Assembly (NCBI GenBank): GCA_036380095.1
Contig: DASVFK010000250.1
Span: 24,125-88,124 of the forward strand
Origin: Candidatus Angelobacter sp.
Lineage (GTDB): Bacteria > Acidobacteriota > Terriglobia > Terriglobales > Acidobacteriaceae
DNA length: 64,000 nucleotides
Direction of reading: 5' to 3'
Shown: one piece after another, positions 8,052 through 17,176 of the stretch
How the letters are laid out: every line of letters starts with the position of its first letter
How positions within the stretch are numbered: position 1 is the stretch's first letter
The notes under the pieces: generated by a model
What the model was told of the DNA's origin: nothing
The model's input: only the letters and a program-made list of their open reading frames with translations
The model's database searches: none
Program-made: the position numbers and the translations under genes

Positions 8052-9665
8052 CTATTCCCGCCACTTCCACTCTGCGTACCTTTTTCTCAGCTCCGCCTTG
8101 AGCAGCTTGCCCGTGGAGGTATGCGGGAGCTCGGGGAGAAAGACGAAATCATCCGGCAGCTGCCACTTGGCGAACTTGGCGCCGAGAAAGACTCGCAGGT
8201 CGTCCGCGGTCGCCTTAACGCCATCCTTTAACACCACTACCGCCAGCGGCCGCTCCTGCCACTTGGGATGCGGCACGGCTATCACTCCCGCCTCGCGCAC
8301 AGCGGGATGGCTCATGAGTGTGTTTTCGAGGTCCACGGAGCTGATCCACTCGCCGCCGGACTTCACCAGGTCCTTGCTGCGGTCCACGAGTCGAATGCAG
8401 CCATCGGGATCGATGGTGGCCACGTCGCCGGTGCGGAACCAGCCGTCGCGGGTCCAGCGATCTTCGGTTCCCGGCGCTTTGTAGTAACTCGCCGCCACCC
8501 ACGGCCCGCGAACCTCAAGTTCGCCGGCCGCCTTACCGTCCCACGGCGCAATGCCGCTATCGTTGGCGATGCGCAGATCGACGAACGGAAGCGGCCAGCC
8601 CTGCTTCGAGCGTTGGGCGTACTGCTGGTCTTCGGGCCACGCGAGCATCTCCGGCTTAAGGCCCGATACTGTTGCCTGCGGCGAGGTCTCCGTCATGCCC
8701 CAGGAATGAAGCAGGTGGAAGCCGTGGCGGTCCAGGCTGCGAATCAGGCTCTCCGGCGGAGCGGTACCGCCGCATAGGACGCGAACGTCTTTTGCCGGCT
8801 TCCAGTTCGGTCCGCGTTTTTCCAGCGCCGCCAGTACCGCCAGCCAGATCGTGGGCACGGCGCAGCTCATGGTCACCTGCTCGCGCTCAATCAGGTCGAG
8901 CAGATTGTCCGCGTCAAGATGCGGACCGGGCAGCACCAGCTTGGCTCCCACCATTGCCGCCGTAAACGAGAGCCCCCAGCCGTTGACGTGAAACATTGAC
9001 GAGGCCAGCAGCACGGAATCGTGCTGCGAGATGCCACACGAATCGGTCATGGCCTGCGCCAGGGTGTGCAGCACCAGCGCCCGATGCGAGTAAAGAACGC
9101 CCTTGGGATTCCCCGTGGTGCCGGAGGTGAAACACATGGTGGCGCCATCTTGCTCGCTGATTTCCGGATACTGGAAGTCGCCGCGGGCCTGGTTTAACCA
9201 CGCCTCATAGCACTCATATCCCGCCGGGGTCGTCTGGCGCGCGTGCGGTACGACGAAGATCCGCTCGAATTTGACTTTGTCCTTGAACTTCTCCAGCACC
9301 GGGAGCAGACAGTCATCCACGATCAGGAAACGGTCCTGCGCGTGGTTGGCGATGTAGGCGATCTCGTCCGGGTGCAGCCGCAGGTTCAGGGCGTGCAGCA
9401 CCGCGCCGGAAGCCGGCACGCCGAAGTGGGCTTCCAGATGTGCGTAGTGGTTCCACATCAGCGTGGCCACGCGCTCGCCTTTTTTGATACCCGCCGCCTG
9501 CAGGAGTTCAGCCATCTTGCGCGCCCGTTCGCGGATTCGTCCCCAGGTGGTGCGATGGAGCGAGCCATCGGGCAGCCGGGAAACGATCTCGCGATCAGGG
9601 AAGTACGTTCCCGTGCGCTCCAGAATCGACGTCAGTGTTAACGGCGCGTTCATCATAGTGTGCAT
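8052..9665 (-). CDS. AMP-dependent acyl-CoA synthetase (long/medium-chain fatty-acid--CoA ligase family)
   Basis: AMP-binding motif FTSGTTGNPKGV, plus GWFRTGDVA and the C-terminal TSTGKLLK lysine motif. ATG 9665 is preceded by AAGGAG; the track start at 9701 is upstream of that RBS. Confidence 0.9.
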   Translation of the reverse strand: MHTMMNAPLTLTSILERTGTYFPDREIVSRLPDGSLHRTTWGRIRERARKMAELLQAAGIKKGERVATLMWNHYAHLEAHFGVPASGAVLHALNLRLHPDEIAYIANHAQDRFLIVDDCLLPVLEKFKDKVKFERIFVVPHARQTTPAGYECYEAWLNQARGDFQYPEISEQDGATMCFTSGTTGNPKGVLYSHRALVLHTLAQAMTDSCGISQHDSVLLASSMFHVNGWGLSFTAAMVGAKLVLPGPHLDADNLLDLIEREQVTMSCAVPTIWLAVLAALEKRGPNWKPAKDVRVLCGGTAPPESLIRSLDRHGFHLLHSWGMTETSPQATVSGLKPEMLAWPEDQQYAQRSKQGWPLPFVDLRIANDSGIAPWDGKAAGELEVRGPWVAASYYKAPGTEDRWTRDGWFRTGDVATIDPDGCIRLVDRSKDLVKSGGEWISSVDLENTLMSHPAVREAGVIAVPHPKWQERPLAVVVLKDGVKATADDLRVFLGAKFAKWQLPDDFVFLPELPHTSTGKLLKAELRKRYAEWKWRE

Positions 9666-9794
9666 CAGGCTTAGGCTCCTTTGGCACTGGGCAGGCGGCA
9701 TTTTATATCACTCTCAACGTCGCTCCTGATTCAGAACACAATCTCTGCTAACCCCGCGGCCTTGACTTGCGTCTGTTATTAGATCGGAGAATTT

Positions 9795-12266
9795 GTGAGC
9801 AATTTTGGCCAGGACATCCGTTTCGCTCTACGCGCCATGCGCAAGTCGCCGGGGTTTACGGCTGTCGCCGTAATCACGCTTGCCTTGGGCATCGGCGCTA
9901 ACACGGCGATCTTTACCGTGATCAATGCCGTGTTCTTCAATCCCATGCCGGTCAAGGACGCGGGGCGCCTGGTGAACCTCTATACCATCGATCCGGGCGT
10001 ATCGACCCGAGGTTTCACCTACATGCCGCTCTCCCTCCCCAACGGCCAGGACGTCGCCCGCGAGATCAGCGCCTTTTCCGGTGTGGCGATCTACACCGTG
10101 TTCGGCACCGGCGTGAGTATGACCGTCAACGGCCAGCCTGACAGATACAATGCCAGCGCCGTCACCGGAAATTACTTTGATGTGCTGGGCGTTCCCGCGG
10201 CCCTGGGCCGCACCTTTCGTCTTGAAGAAGAGCGTGAAGGCTCCGCGCCCGTTGTGATCCTCAGCCATGGTTTGTGGGAGCGCAAGTTCGGGGCCGATCC
10301 CGGCGTCATCGGGCAGAATGTCCTGCTCAACGGACAAGGCTTCACGGTTATCGGCGTGGCTCCTCGCGGTTTCCAGGGGCCTACCACTCTAGGTGGCCCG
10401 GACATGTGGGTGACCATGGCCATGCATGACCAGATCTTTTCCGGCCTGCAAAAGACGCTGTTCAAGGAGCGCCGGGCTCTATTTTTCTCCGCCATCGCAC
10501 GATTGAAAGATGGCGCGACGCTGGAGCAGGCGCGGCAGCAATTGAAAGTCCTGGGAGCGAACCTGGAACAGGCGTTCCCCGCGGCCAACAAGGGCCGGAC
10601 CTTTGTGGGCATTCCGCTGTTGCAGTCGGTGGTAGGGCCGGATTTTGGGGCAGTGCTCAGTCAAATCGGCGCCGTAATGATGGGTGTGGTGGGTCTGGTG
10701 CTGTTGATCGCGTGCGCCAACATCGCCAACCTGATGCTTTCTCGTGCGGCTTCACGCAAACGCGAGATTTCCATCCGGCTGGCCATGGGCGCCTCGCGCT
10801 CGCGCATCGTGGCGCAATTGCTTACCGAATCGACTGTCCTGGCCGTTGCCGGCGGTTTGCTGGGGCTCGGCTTGGCGGTGGTTGGCCGCAATCTGCTGTG
10901 GAAGTTCCGGCCGCCCTTCCTGGCCAATACCTTTCTCGATCTGCCCCTGGACAGCCACGTGCTCCTGTTTACTCTTGGTATCGCCTTGGCTACCGGCATC
11001 ATCTTTGGGCTGGTGCCGGCCATGCAGTCCTCGCGTCCTGATCTGGTCTCTGAACTCAAGGAGCGCACCGGTACCGAGATGTTTGCCCGGGGCATCTTCA
11101 ACCTGCGCAACATCTTCATCATGGCGCAGGTTGGGCTTTCGCTTGTGGCGTTGATCGGGGCCGGACTGTTCCTGATGAGTTTGCGCAACGCCCAACAAAC
11201 CGATCCCGGCTTCAACACCCACAACCTGGGCATCATCTCCTTCGACGTCGGCTCACTGAACTACGAACCTGCGCGGGTGAAGGAGTTCCAGCGTCGCGTG
11301 CTGGAGGTGATCACCGCTACTCCCGGTGTGCAAGCCGCCACTCTTTCGAGCAGCGTGCCGCTGTTGAACGGCGGTTTCGGTCGCAGCATTTTTCCTGAAG
11401 GCCGCGACCCCAGCGCCAATCGCAACGGCTTGTTCGCCCAAGTTAATAGCGTCTCCCTCGACTATCTGCGCACCATGGGAATTCCGCTGGTAAAAGGGAG
11501 CGACTTTGACAGCTCGGTGCGCGAAGACGGTCCCCGCGTGGTGGTAATCAATGAAACGGCGGCGCACCGTATCTGGCCCAACGACGATCCGATAGGGAAG
11601 CGTTTCAAGTTTTTCGGCGATGACAACTGGGTCCAGGTGATGGGAGTGGCGCGCGACTCCAAGTACAACGCCCTGGGCGAAGACCCCACGCCCTACATGT
11701 ATCTTCCTCTGCTGCAGTATCCCAGCTCCGGAGTAACCGTGTTTTTCCGCACTGGCCCGGAGACGCGCTCCATTCTGGGCGCCTTGCGTACGGAAGTGCA
11801 GGCCATGGACCGCAACCTGCCCCTGACCAACGTGTGGCCGATTGGCGAGGTCTTTTCCCAGGCCTTGTGGGCGCCCCGCTTCGGCGCCGCACTCCTGGCC
11901 ATCTTCGCCATGCTGGCCATGCTGCTCTGCGCCGTAGGAATTTACGGCGTGGTCAGCTATTGGGTAGGCCAGCGAGTGCGCGAAATCGGCGTGCGGCTGG
12001 CCCTGGGCGCGCAGCCTGGCAACGTCCTGCTGATGGTCTTGCGCCAGAGCGCCGTCACCTTGGCCATTGGTTTGGGGGCGGGACTGCTGGTTGCCTACGT
12101 CGCGGCCCGCTTCACTGTGAGCCTTCTCTTCGGCGTGAGTGCGAATGAGCCGGTGGCTTTTCTCTCGATCGCGTTGGGCCTGGCCGCAGTTGGACTCCTG
12201 GCCAGCTATGTCCCGGCGCGCAGAGCGGCCCGGGTGGACCCCATGATCGCTCTGCGCTACGAGTAA
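9795..12266 (+). CDS. ADOP-family duplicated MacB-like ABC permease (second copy)
   Basis: GTG start after GGAG. N-terminus MSNFGQDIRFALRAMRKSPGFTAVAVITLALGIGANTAIF, duplicated permease architecture, C-terminal RVDPMIALRYE. Paralogous to 4429..6903. Confidence 0.85.
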   Translation: MSNFGQDIRFALRAMRKSPGFTAVAVITLALGIGANTAIFTVINAVFFNPMPVKDAGRLVNLYTIDPGVSTRGFTYMPLSLPNGQDVAREISAFSGVAIYTVFGTGVSMTVNGQPDRYNASAVTGNYFDVLGVPAALGRTFRLEEEREGSAPVVILSHGLWERKFGADPGVIGQNVLLNGQGFTVIGVAPRGFQGPTTLGGPDMWVTMAMHDQIFSGLQKTLFKERRALFFSAIARLKDGATLEQARQQLKVLGANLEQAFPAANKGRTFVGIPLLQSVVGPDFGAVLSQIGAVMMGVVGLVLLIACANIANLMLSRAASRKREISIRLAMGASRSRIVAQLLTESTVLAVAGGLLGLGLAVVGRNLLWKFRPPFLANTFLDLPLDSHVLLFTLGIALATGIIFGLVPAMQSSRPDLVSELKERTGTEMFARGIFNLRNIFIMAQVGLSLVALIGAGLFLMSLRNAQQTDPGFNTHNLGIISFDVGSLNYEPARVKEFQRRVLEVITATPGVQAATLSSSVPLLNGGFGRSIFPEGRDPSANRNGLFAQVNSVSLDYLRTMGIPLVKGSDFDSSVREDGPRVVVINETAAHRIWPNDDPIGKRFKFFGDDNWVQVMGVARDSKYNALGEDPTPYMYLPLLQYPSSGVTVFFRTGPETRSILGALRTEVQAMDRNLPLTNVWPIGEVFSQALWAPRFGAALLAIFAMLAMLLCAVGIYGVVSYWVGQRVREIGVRLALGAQPGNVLLMVLRQSAVTLAIGLGAGLLVAYVAARFTVSLLFGVSANEPVAFLSIALGLAAVGLLASYVPARRAARVDPMIALRYE

Positions 12267-12269
12267 CGT

Positions 12270-13118
12270 TTATTGGTACATGACGCGCATCTTGTCTACA
12301 TAGACCTGATACGGCGTCGCCTTGCTGTTGCTATCCAGTTGAAATGCGTTGGAGAACTGGTTGCGCCCGTTGGTGAAAGCGGCGTTGTGCGAAATGTTGA
12401 CCGGGAAGCGCACGCCGTCCACGGTGAGCGCATCGTGCCACACCACGTGGTTGGCGGTGTCGTTGTGATATTCGGCAACGATGTGGTGCCAGGTATTGGG
12501 AGCAAATCCCGTGAAGGGAATGCCGCTCGTGTCCCAGCGCTTCAAGCCGTAGTCGAAGATGCGCCATGTCTTGGTGCCCACGTATTCCGCCTGCCAGGCG
12601 AAGTTGTAGACCCAGCCATTGACGGTCTGCTGGCACTCGAACTCGATCGCCTGCGGAGCGTTCTCCATTCCGGAAGGAACAAAGAGATCGAACTCGTACG
12701 TCAGCGCTGTGATCTGGCCGGTGACCGGCGCGTACTGCCGATAGAAGTAGGCGTTGCTGAATGCCACGGATGCTGCGATGGAGAACTGGGTTGAGCGGCC
12801 GTCTTCACTGGGCGAGGCCATTCCGGGCGTGAATGTATAGGAGGCTACCGCTCCGGTGGCGCCGGTATTGCCGCAAGCGCCACAGGTGAGCCAGTTCGGC
12901 GAATCTTCCACGTTATCGATTACCGTGCTGCTGGGCGTGCCGGGCGCGGGTGCAGGAGATGGCGCCGGCGCAGGTGAAGGAACCGGTGAAGGCGAGGGAT
13001 GGGCAGCGGGTGAGATCGAGTTACTGGCAATGTTGCTTCCGCCGCAACCGGTGATTGTGAAAAACGATGTGAAGACTACGAGCAGGGCAAAAAAAGAAAG
13101 AGCACAACAACTACGCAA
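12270..13118 (-). CDS. hypothetical lipoprotein with Pro/Ser/Ala linker and beta-sandwich-like C-terminal domain
   Basis: TTG start after GGGAGGA. Signal plus lipobox FFTITGCGG and a linker PSPSPVPSPAPAPSPAPAPG. I recognise no family for the remainder. Confidence 0.55.
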   Translation of the reverse strand: MRSCCALSFFALLVVFTSFFTITGCGGSNIASNSISPAAHPSPSPVPSPAPAPSPAPAPGTPSSTVIDNVEDSPNWLTCGACGNTGATGAVASYTFTPGMASPSEDGRSTQFSIAASVAFSNAYFYRQYAPVTGQITALTYEFDLFVPSGMENAPQAIEFECQQTVNGWVYNFAWQAEYVGTKTWRIFDYGLKRWDTSGIPFTGFAPNTWHHIVAEYHNDTANHVVWHDALTVDGVRFPVNISHNAAFTNGRNQFSNAFQLDSNSKATPYQVYVDKMRVMYQ

Positions 13119-13545
13119 AAATGGTTCCTCCCAAGGGTTCGGCCTGGACGCAGTGACGTGTGCGTAACTCTACCGGCGCGGCGGTCGTTTTGGATTACGC
13201 GGGAAACCTGAAGTTAAGGTGACCAAAGTAGCCTGGCCGTTCGGACATCGGTTGAAATACCGGCCCAAAACGCGTGATTTGCGTGCTCGTACAAACCCCG
13301 GTAACTTGTCCTGTTTTCAAATCCTTGGAGAGAATCTTGTTGAGCGTGCGGCTAGGGCGGGCGCGTGGTTTGCCATTGTCCGCAGGGGAGTTTTTCGCTC
13401 AGGCTCAGCTCATGCAGCGCGGAGTCCCTCGCCTTCCTCAAGCTTTCACCCGAGGTCACGGCTAAGGCGTGAAGATCAAAGCGGGATGGGCAGCATCTGC
13501 TGCATAATTGAGGTATTCCGGGAGCCGGCAACAACTTAGGTCGAC

Positions 13546-15183
13546 GTGAGAGCAGGCAACTTGACCCCCAACCCTACCCAATCCACACCCAGACAGCTGT
13601 TGCGCGTGCGTGACTTGTGTGTCGATTATCGCTTTGCATCGGTTAAGGTTGCCGCCTTGCAAAACGTAGATCTGGAACTGGGCGAAGGCGAGAGTCTGGG
13701 CGTGTTGGGAGAATCCGGATCGGGCAAGAGTTCCCTGGCACATGCGTTGCTCCGTCTCTTGCCCTCCGATGCGTCCGTCTCCGGGCTGGTGCAATTCCGG
13801 GAAACGGATTTACTGAACGCCCGCGCGAAGACCTTGCGTGAAATCCGCGGCGCCGGGATTGCTTTGATTTCGCAGGAGCCGGCCCTGGCGCTGAACCCTG
13901 TACTGCCCATTGGGCGGCAGATTGGCGACGTACTTCGCGCCCACGAGTCGGTCAACCGTAGGCAGGAGCGAGATCGCGTGGCCGGTGCGCTGCGCGAAGT
14001 TGGTTTGACCGAGCCTGAGCGTATCATGCGCGCTTATCCTCACCAGCTCAGCGGGGGGCAAAGACAGCGCGCTGCCATTGCTCAGGCGCTGGTGTGCCGG
14101 CCGGCGCTCCTGATTGCCGATGAACCGCTCAGCTCGCTTGACACGGCCACGCAGGCTGAAGTTCTGGAGCTGCTGCGCACCCTGAAAGCGGAACTCAACC
14201 TGGCCATGATCTTCATCTCGCACAACGCTGGAGCGTTCTCCTCTTTGTGTGAGCGCGCGTTGGTGATGCGCAATGGCCGGGCTGTTGCTTGTGCTTCCCT
14301 CGAGGAACTCGCCGAGACCGCTGATCCTTACATCCGTGGATTGCTGTTTCCGGAGGCCGCTTTTTTAGACGGATGCAAGACACCAGCGTCGCAGCCTCAA
14401 GCCGGCCGGCCGCTGCTCGAAGTGCGGAGCGTGAGCAAGAGGTTCATGCAGCGCAGGGCGCTTTCACGCAGCAAGTTTGCTGTCCAGGCCCTGGAGCACA
14501 TCGATCTCAGCGTGGATGAGGGCGCCACGCTCGCGGTCATCGGACGCTCGGGTTCGGGAAAATCCACGCTGGCCCGCTGCATCGCCGGTTTTGAAAGTCC
14601 CGACTCGGGTGAAATCGTGCTAGCAGGCCGCAAGCACGAATCCAGCCCCCAGGTGCAGATGATTTTCCAGGACGTGGGCACGGCGCTGAACCCGCGCTTC
14701 ACTGCCGCAGAGGTGATCAGCGAACCGCTGGACATCGCGCGTAAGAACGATCCTTTGGAGCGCCGCAAGCGCGCCCTGGACCTGATGGAAGAGGTCGGCC
14801 TTGATCCCGACTGGCAGGCCCGCCCCTCGCACCAGTTCAGCGGCGGCCAGCGGCAGCGGCTGGCTCTGGCCCGGGCTTTAGCGGCTGGGCCAAAACTTCT
14901 GGTCCTTGACGAACCCTTTTCCGGACTCGACCTGGCCTTACAGGCGCAGATGTTGCGGCTTCTCCTGGAGGTCCAGGCGCGCCACCGTCTCACCTGCATT
15001 TGGATCGGCCACGATCTTAGCTTCCTTTCTTATTTTGCCCGTGATGTCGTCGTCATGGACCAGGGCCGGGTGGTGGAACACACGGCTCCACAAGGCCTGC
15101 GGAGCAGCACAGTGCCGGCAACGCGTTTGTTGGTGGAAGCCAGCGATCGGCTGCATGCCCCGGGCGTAGAGGCTGTGTCATGA
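13546..15183 (+). CDS. fused double-ATPase subunit of an Opp/Dpp-type (peptide/nickel family) ABC importer
   Basis: Two full ABC cassettes. Walker A motifs GESGSGKSS and GRSGSGKST, signatures LSGGQRQR and FSGGQRQR, Walker B motifs LLIADEP and LLVLDEP. Confidence 0.9.
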   Translation: MRAGNLTPNPTQSTPRQLLRVRDLCVDYRFASVKVAALQNVDLELGEGESLGVLGESGSGKSSLAHALLRLLPSDASVSGLVQFRETDLLNARAKTLREIRGAGIALISQEPALALNPVLPIGRQIGDVLRAHESVNRRQERDRVAGALREVGLTEPERIMRAYPHQLSGGQRQRAAIAQALVCRPALLIADEPLSSLDTATQAEVLELLRTLKAELNLAMIFISHNAGAFSSLCERALVMRNGRAVACASLEELAETADPYIRGLLFPEAAFLDGCKTPASQPQAGRPLLEVRSVSKRFMQRRALSRSKFAVQALEHIDLSVDEGATLAVIGRSGSGKSTLARCIAGFESPDSGEIVLAGRKHESSPQVQMIFQDVGTALNPRFTAAEVISEPLDIARKNDPLERRKRALDLMEEVGLDPDWQARPSHQFSGGQRQRLALARALAAGPKLLVLDEPFSGLDLALQAQMLRLLLEVQARHRLTCIWIGHDLSFLSYFARDVVVMDQGRVVEHTAPQGLRSSTVPATRLLVEASDRLHAPGVEAVS

Positions 15184-16136
15184 TTCGCTACTTCGGGCGC
15201 AGGCTGTTTCACGCCGTGCTGGTCTTGTTCGGCGTTTCGCTGCTGATGTTCCTCGTGCAGCAGGCCGCACCCGGAGATTTTCTGAGTGAAATGAGGTTGA
15301 ACCCCCAGATTTCCCCGCAAGCGTTGCACACCTTGCGGGCGCAATACGGCCTGGATCAGCCGCTGCCCCTGCGCTATGCGCACTGGCTCAGCTTTGTGGC
15401 CAGAGGTGAATTCGGGTATTCCTTTGCTTACGACATGCCTGCTTCCAAACTCCTGTGGCCGCGCGCGCGGAACACTCTGCTGCTCACTGTGCCGGCCCTT
15501 CTTATCTCCTGGCTGATCGCGGTGCCTTTGGGCGTACTGGCCGCGGCACAGCGTGGGACCTGGCTGGGCCGGCTGTTCTCCGGCGGAACATCTTTTCTGC
15601 TGGCTGTGCCGGACGTCTTGCTTGCTTTGCTGGCGTTGATGATCGCCTTGCGCACCGGACTGTTTCCAGTGGGCGGAATGAGGTCCGCAGACCCGTCTCA
15701 CGGGCGGCTGGCAGACCTGGCGTGGCACATGGTCTTGCCCGTCGGCACACTGGTGCTCGGATCATTGCCTGTCATTTTGCGTCACGTACGCGCCGCCGTC
15801 TCCGAAACGCTCAGTTCTTGTTATGTGCGCGCGGCTGAAGGCCATGGGTTGCGTCAGTTGCCGCTCTTGTTCCGGCACGCGTTGCCTGCGGCCGCCAATC
15901 CGCTGATTTCCTTGTTCGGCATTTCCATTGCTTTCCTTCTGAGCGTCTCGCTCCTGGTGGAGACGGTGATGAGCTGGCCGGGAATGGGGCCGCTTTTGTT
16001 GGAGTCGATCCTGGCTCGCGATCTATTTGTGGTGCTCGGGGCCACCATGCTCTCCACGTTGTTCCCGCTGGCGGGGAACTTGATCGCGGACGTCCTGCTG
16101 TATGGTTTCGACCCGCGTATCAGGATGGAACCATGA
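15180..16136 (+). CDS. ABC transporter permease (OppB/DppB-like)
   Basis: ATGA overlap with the ATPase stop. N-terminus MIRYFGRRLFHAVLVLFGVSLLMF is typical of OppB/DppB. Multiple TM helices. Confidence 0.85.
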   Translation: MIRYFGRRLFHAVLVLFGVSLLMFLVQQAAPGDFLSEMRLNPQISPQALHTLRAQYGLDQPLPLRYAHWLSFVARGEFGYSFAYDMPASKLLWPRARNTLLLTVPALLISWLIAVPLGVLAAAQRGTWLGRLFSGGTSFLLAVPDVLLALLALMIALRTGLFPVGGMRSADPSHGRLADLAWHMVLPVGTLVLGSLPVILRHVRAAVSETLSSCYVRAAEGHGLRQLPLLFRHALPAAANPLISLFGISIAFLLSVSLLVETVMSWPGMGPLLLESILARDLFVVLGATMLSTLFPLAGNLIADVLLYGFDPRIRMEP

Positions 16137-17161
16137 GACAACGTCACGTATTTTCCTGGGCGGCGTGGTTCCTCGTGACGGTCAATGCCGCCGCGCTTCT
16201 GGCCGGGTTCGTCGCTCCCTACAACTACGAAACGCAGGACCGGCTACGTCCTTATGCGCCTCCCACGCGTCTCCACTTGGTGGATTGTGAAGGCAAGTTT
16301 CACTTCTGGCCATTCGTGTATATGACCAGGCCCGGCGGGGAGAGTCTCACGGAGTACCAAGAAGACTGTGGCCAGCGGTTTCCGGTTCGTTTCTTTCTGA
16401 GCGGCGACGGTTATACCGTGCTGGGATTGTTTTCGGGGCACCGCCATCTTTTTGGAGTTGATCTGCCCGCGCGCATGTACCTGTTGGGAGGAGATGGCCT
16501 GGGGCGCGACCAGTTTTCCCGCATGCTCTATGGCGCGCAGGTGTCCTTGTTTGCCGGCGCGCTGGCGGCCTTGCTCGCCATGATGGGGGGACTGCTGGTT
16601 GGTTCCATCGCCGGCGTTTACGGCGGGGCAATTGACGACTTATGCATGCGCGTTACCGAGGTCATTATCGCAGTCCCGCCATTTTATGTTTTGCTCGCCG
16701 TACGGGCGTTTCTGCCGCTGCAAGTGAGCGCACCGGTCATGTTCCTGGAGATCGTGGCTGTGCTTGGTTTCGTGGCCTGGGGACGCCCCGCGCGGCTGGT
16801 GCGAGGCGTTGTTTTGGGCGCGCGCGAACGCAGCTTTGTTCTGGCGGCGCAGGGATTCGGCGCGTCGCGGGCGTATCTGCTGCGACGTCACCTGATGCCT
16901 TTGGCCATGAACGCGGCGCTTACGCAGATGGCTGTTTCCATTCCCCAAATCATTCTTGGGGAAGTGGTCATCTCCTTCCTGGGGCTGGGCATGAGCGAGC
17001 CCGTTCCCAGTTGGGGCAACATGCTGGCCCAGGCGCAGCAATACCACGTGCTGACGGCACATTGGTGGATGCTGCTTCCGGCGCTGGCCCTGGTTCCAGT
17101 GACCCTGGCGTACCAGGCCTTGGCCGATGTTCTAGGTTCACGCTTGCAATCTCGAATTTGA
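16133..17161 (+). CDS. ABC transporter permease (OppC/DppC-like)
   Basis: ATGA overlap with the preceding permease. It has the long periplasmic N-terminal loop typical of OppC, followed by BPD_transp_1-like helices (LGGDGLGRDQFSRMLYGAQVSL). Confidence 0.85.
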   Translation: MRQRHVFSWAAWFLVTVNAAALLAGFVAPYNYETQDRLRPYAPPTRLHLVDCEGKFHFWPFVYMTRPGGESLTEYQEDCGQRFPVRFFLSGDGYTVLGLFSGHRHLFGVDLPARMYLLGGDGLGRDQFSRMLYGAQVSLFAGALAALLAMMGGLLVGSIAGVYGGAIDDLCMRVTEVIIAVPPFYVLLAVRAFLPLQVSAPVMFLEIVAVLGFVAWGRPARLVRGVVLGARERSFVLAAQGFGASRAYLLRRHLMPLAMNAALTQMAVSIPQIILGEVVISFLGLGMSEPVPSWGNMLAQAQQYHVLTAHWWMLLPALALVPVTLAYQALADVLGSRLQSRI

Positions 17162-17176
17162 GCCGATGGGAGAAGC

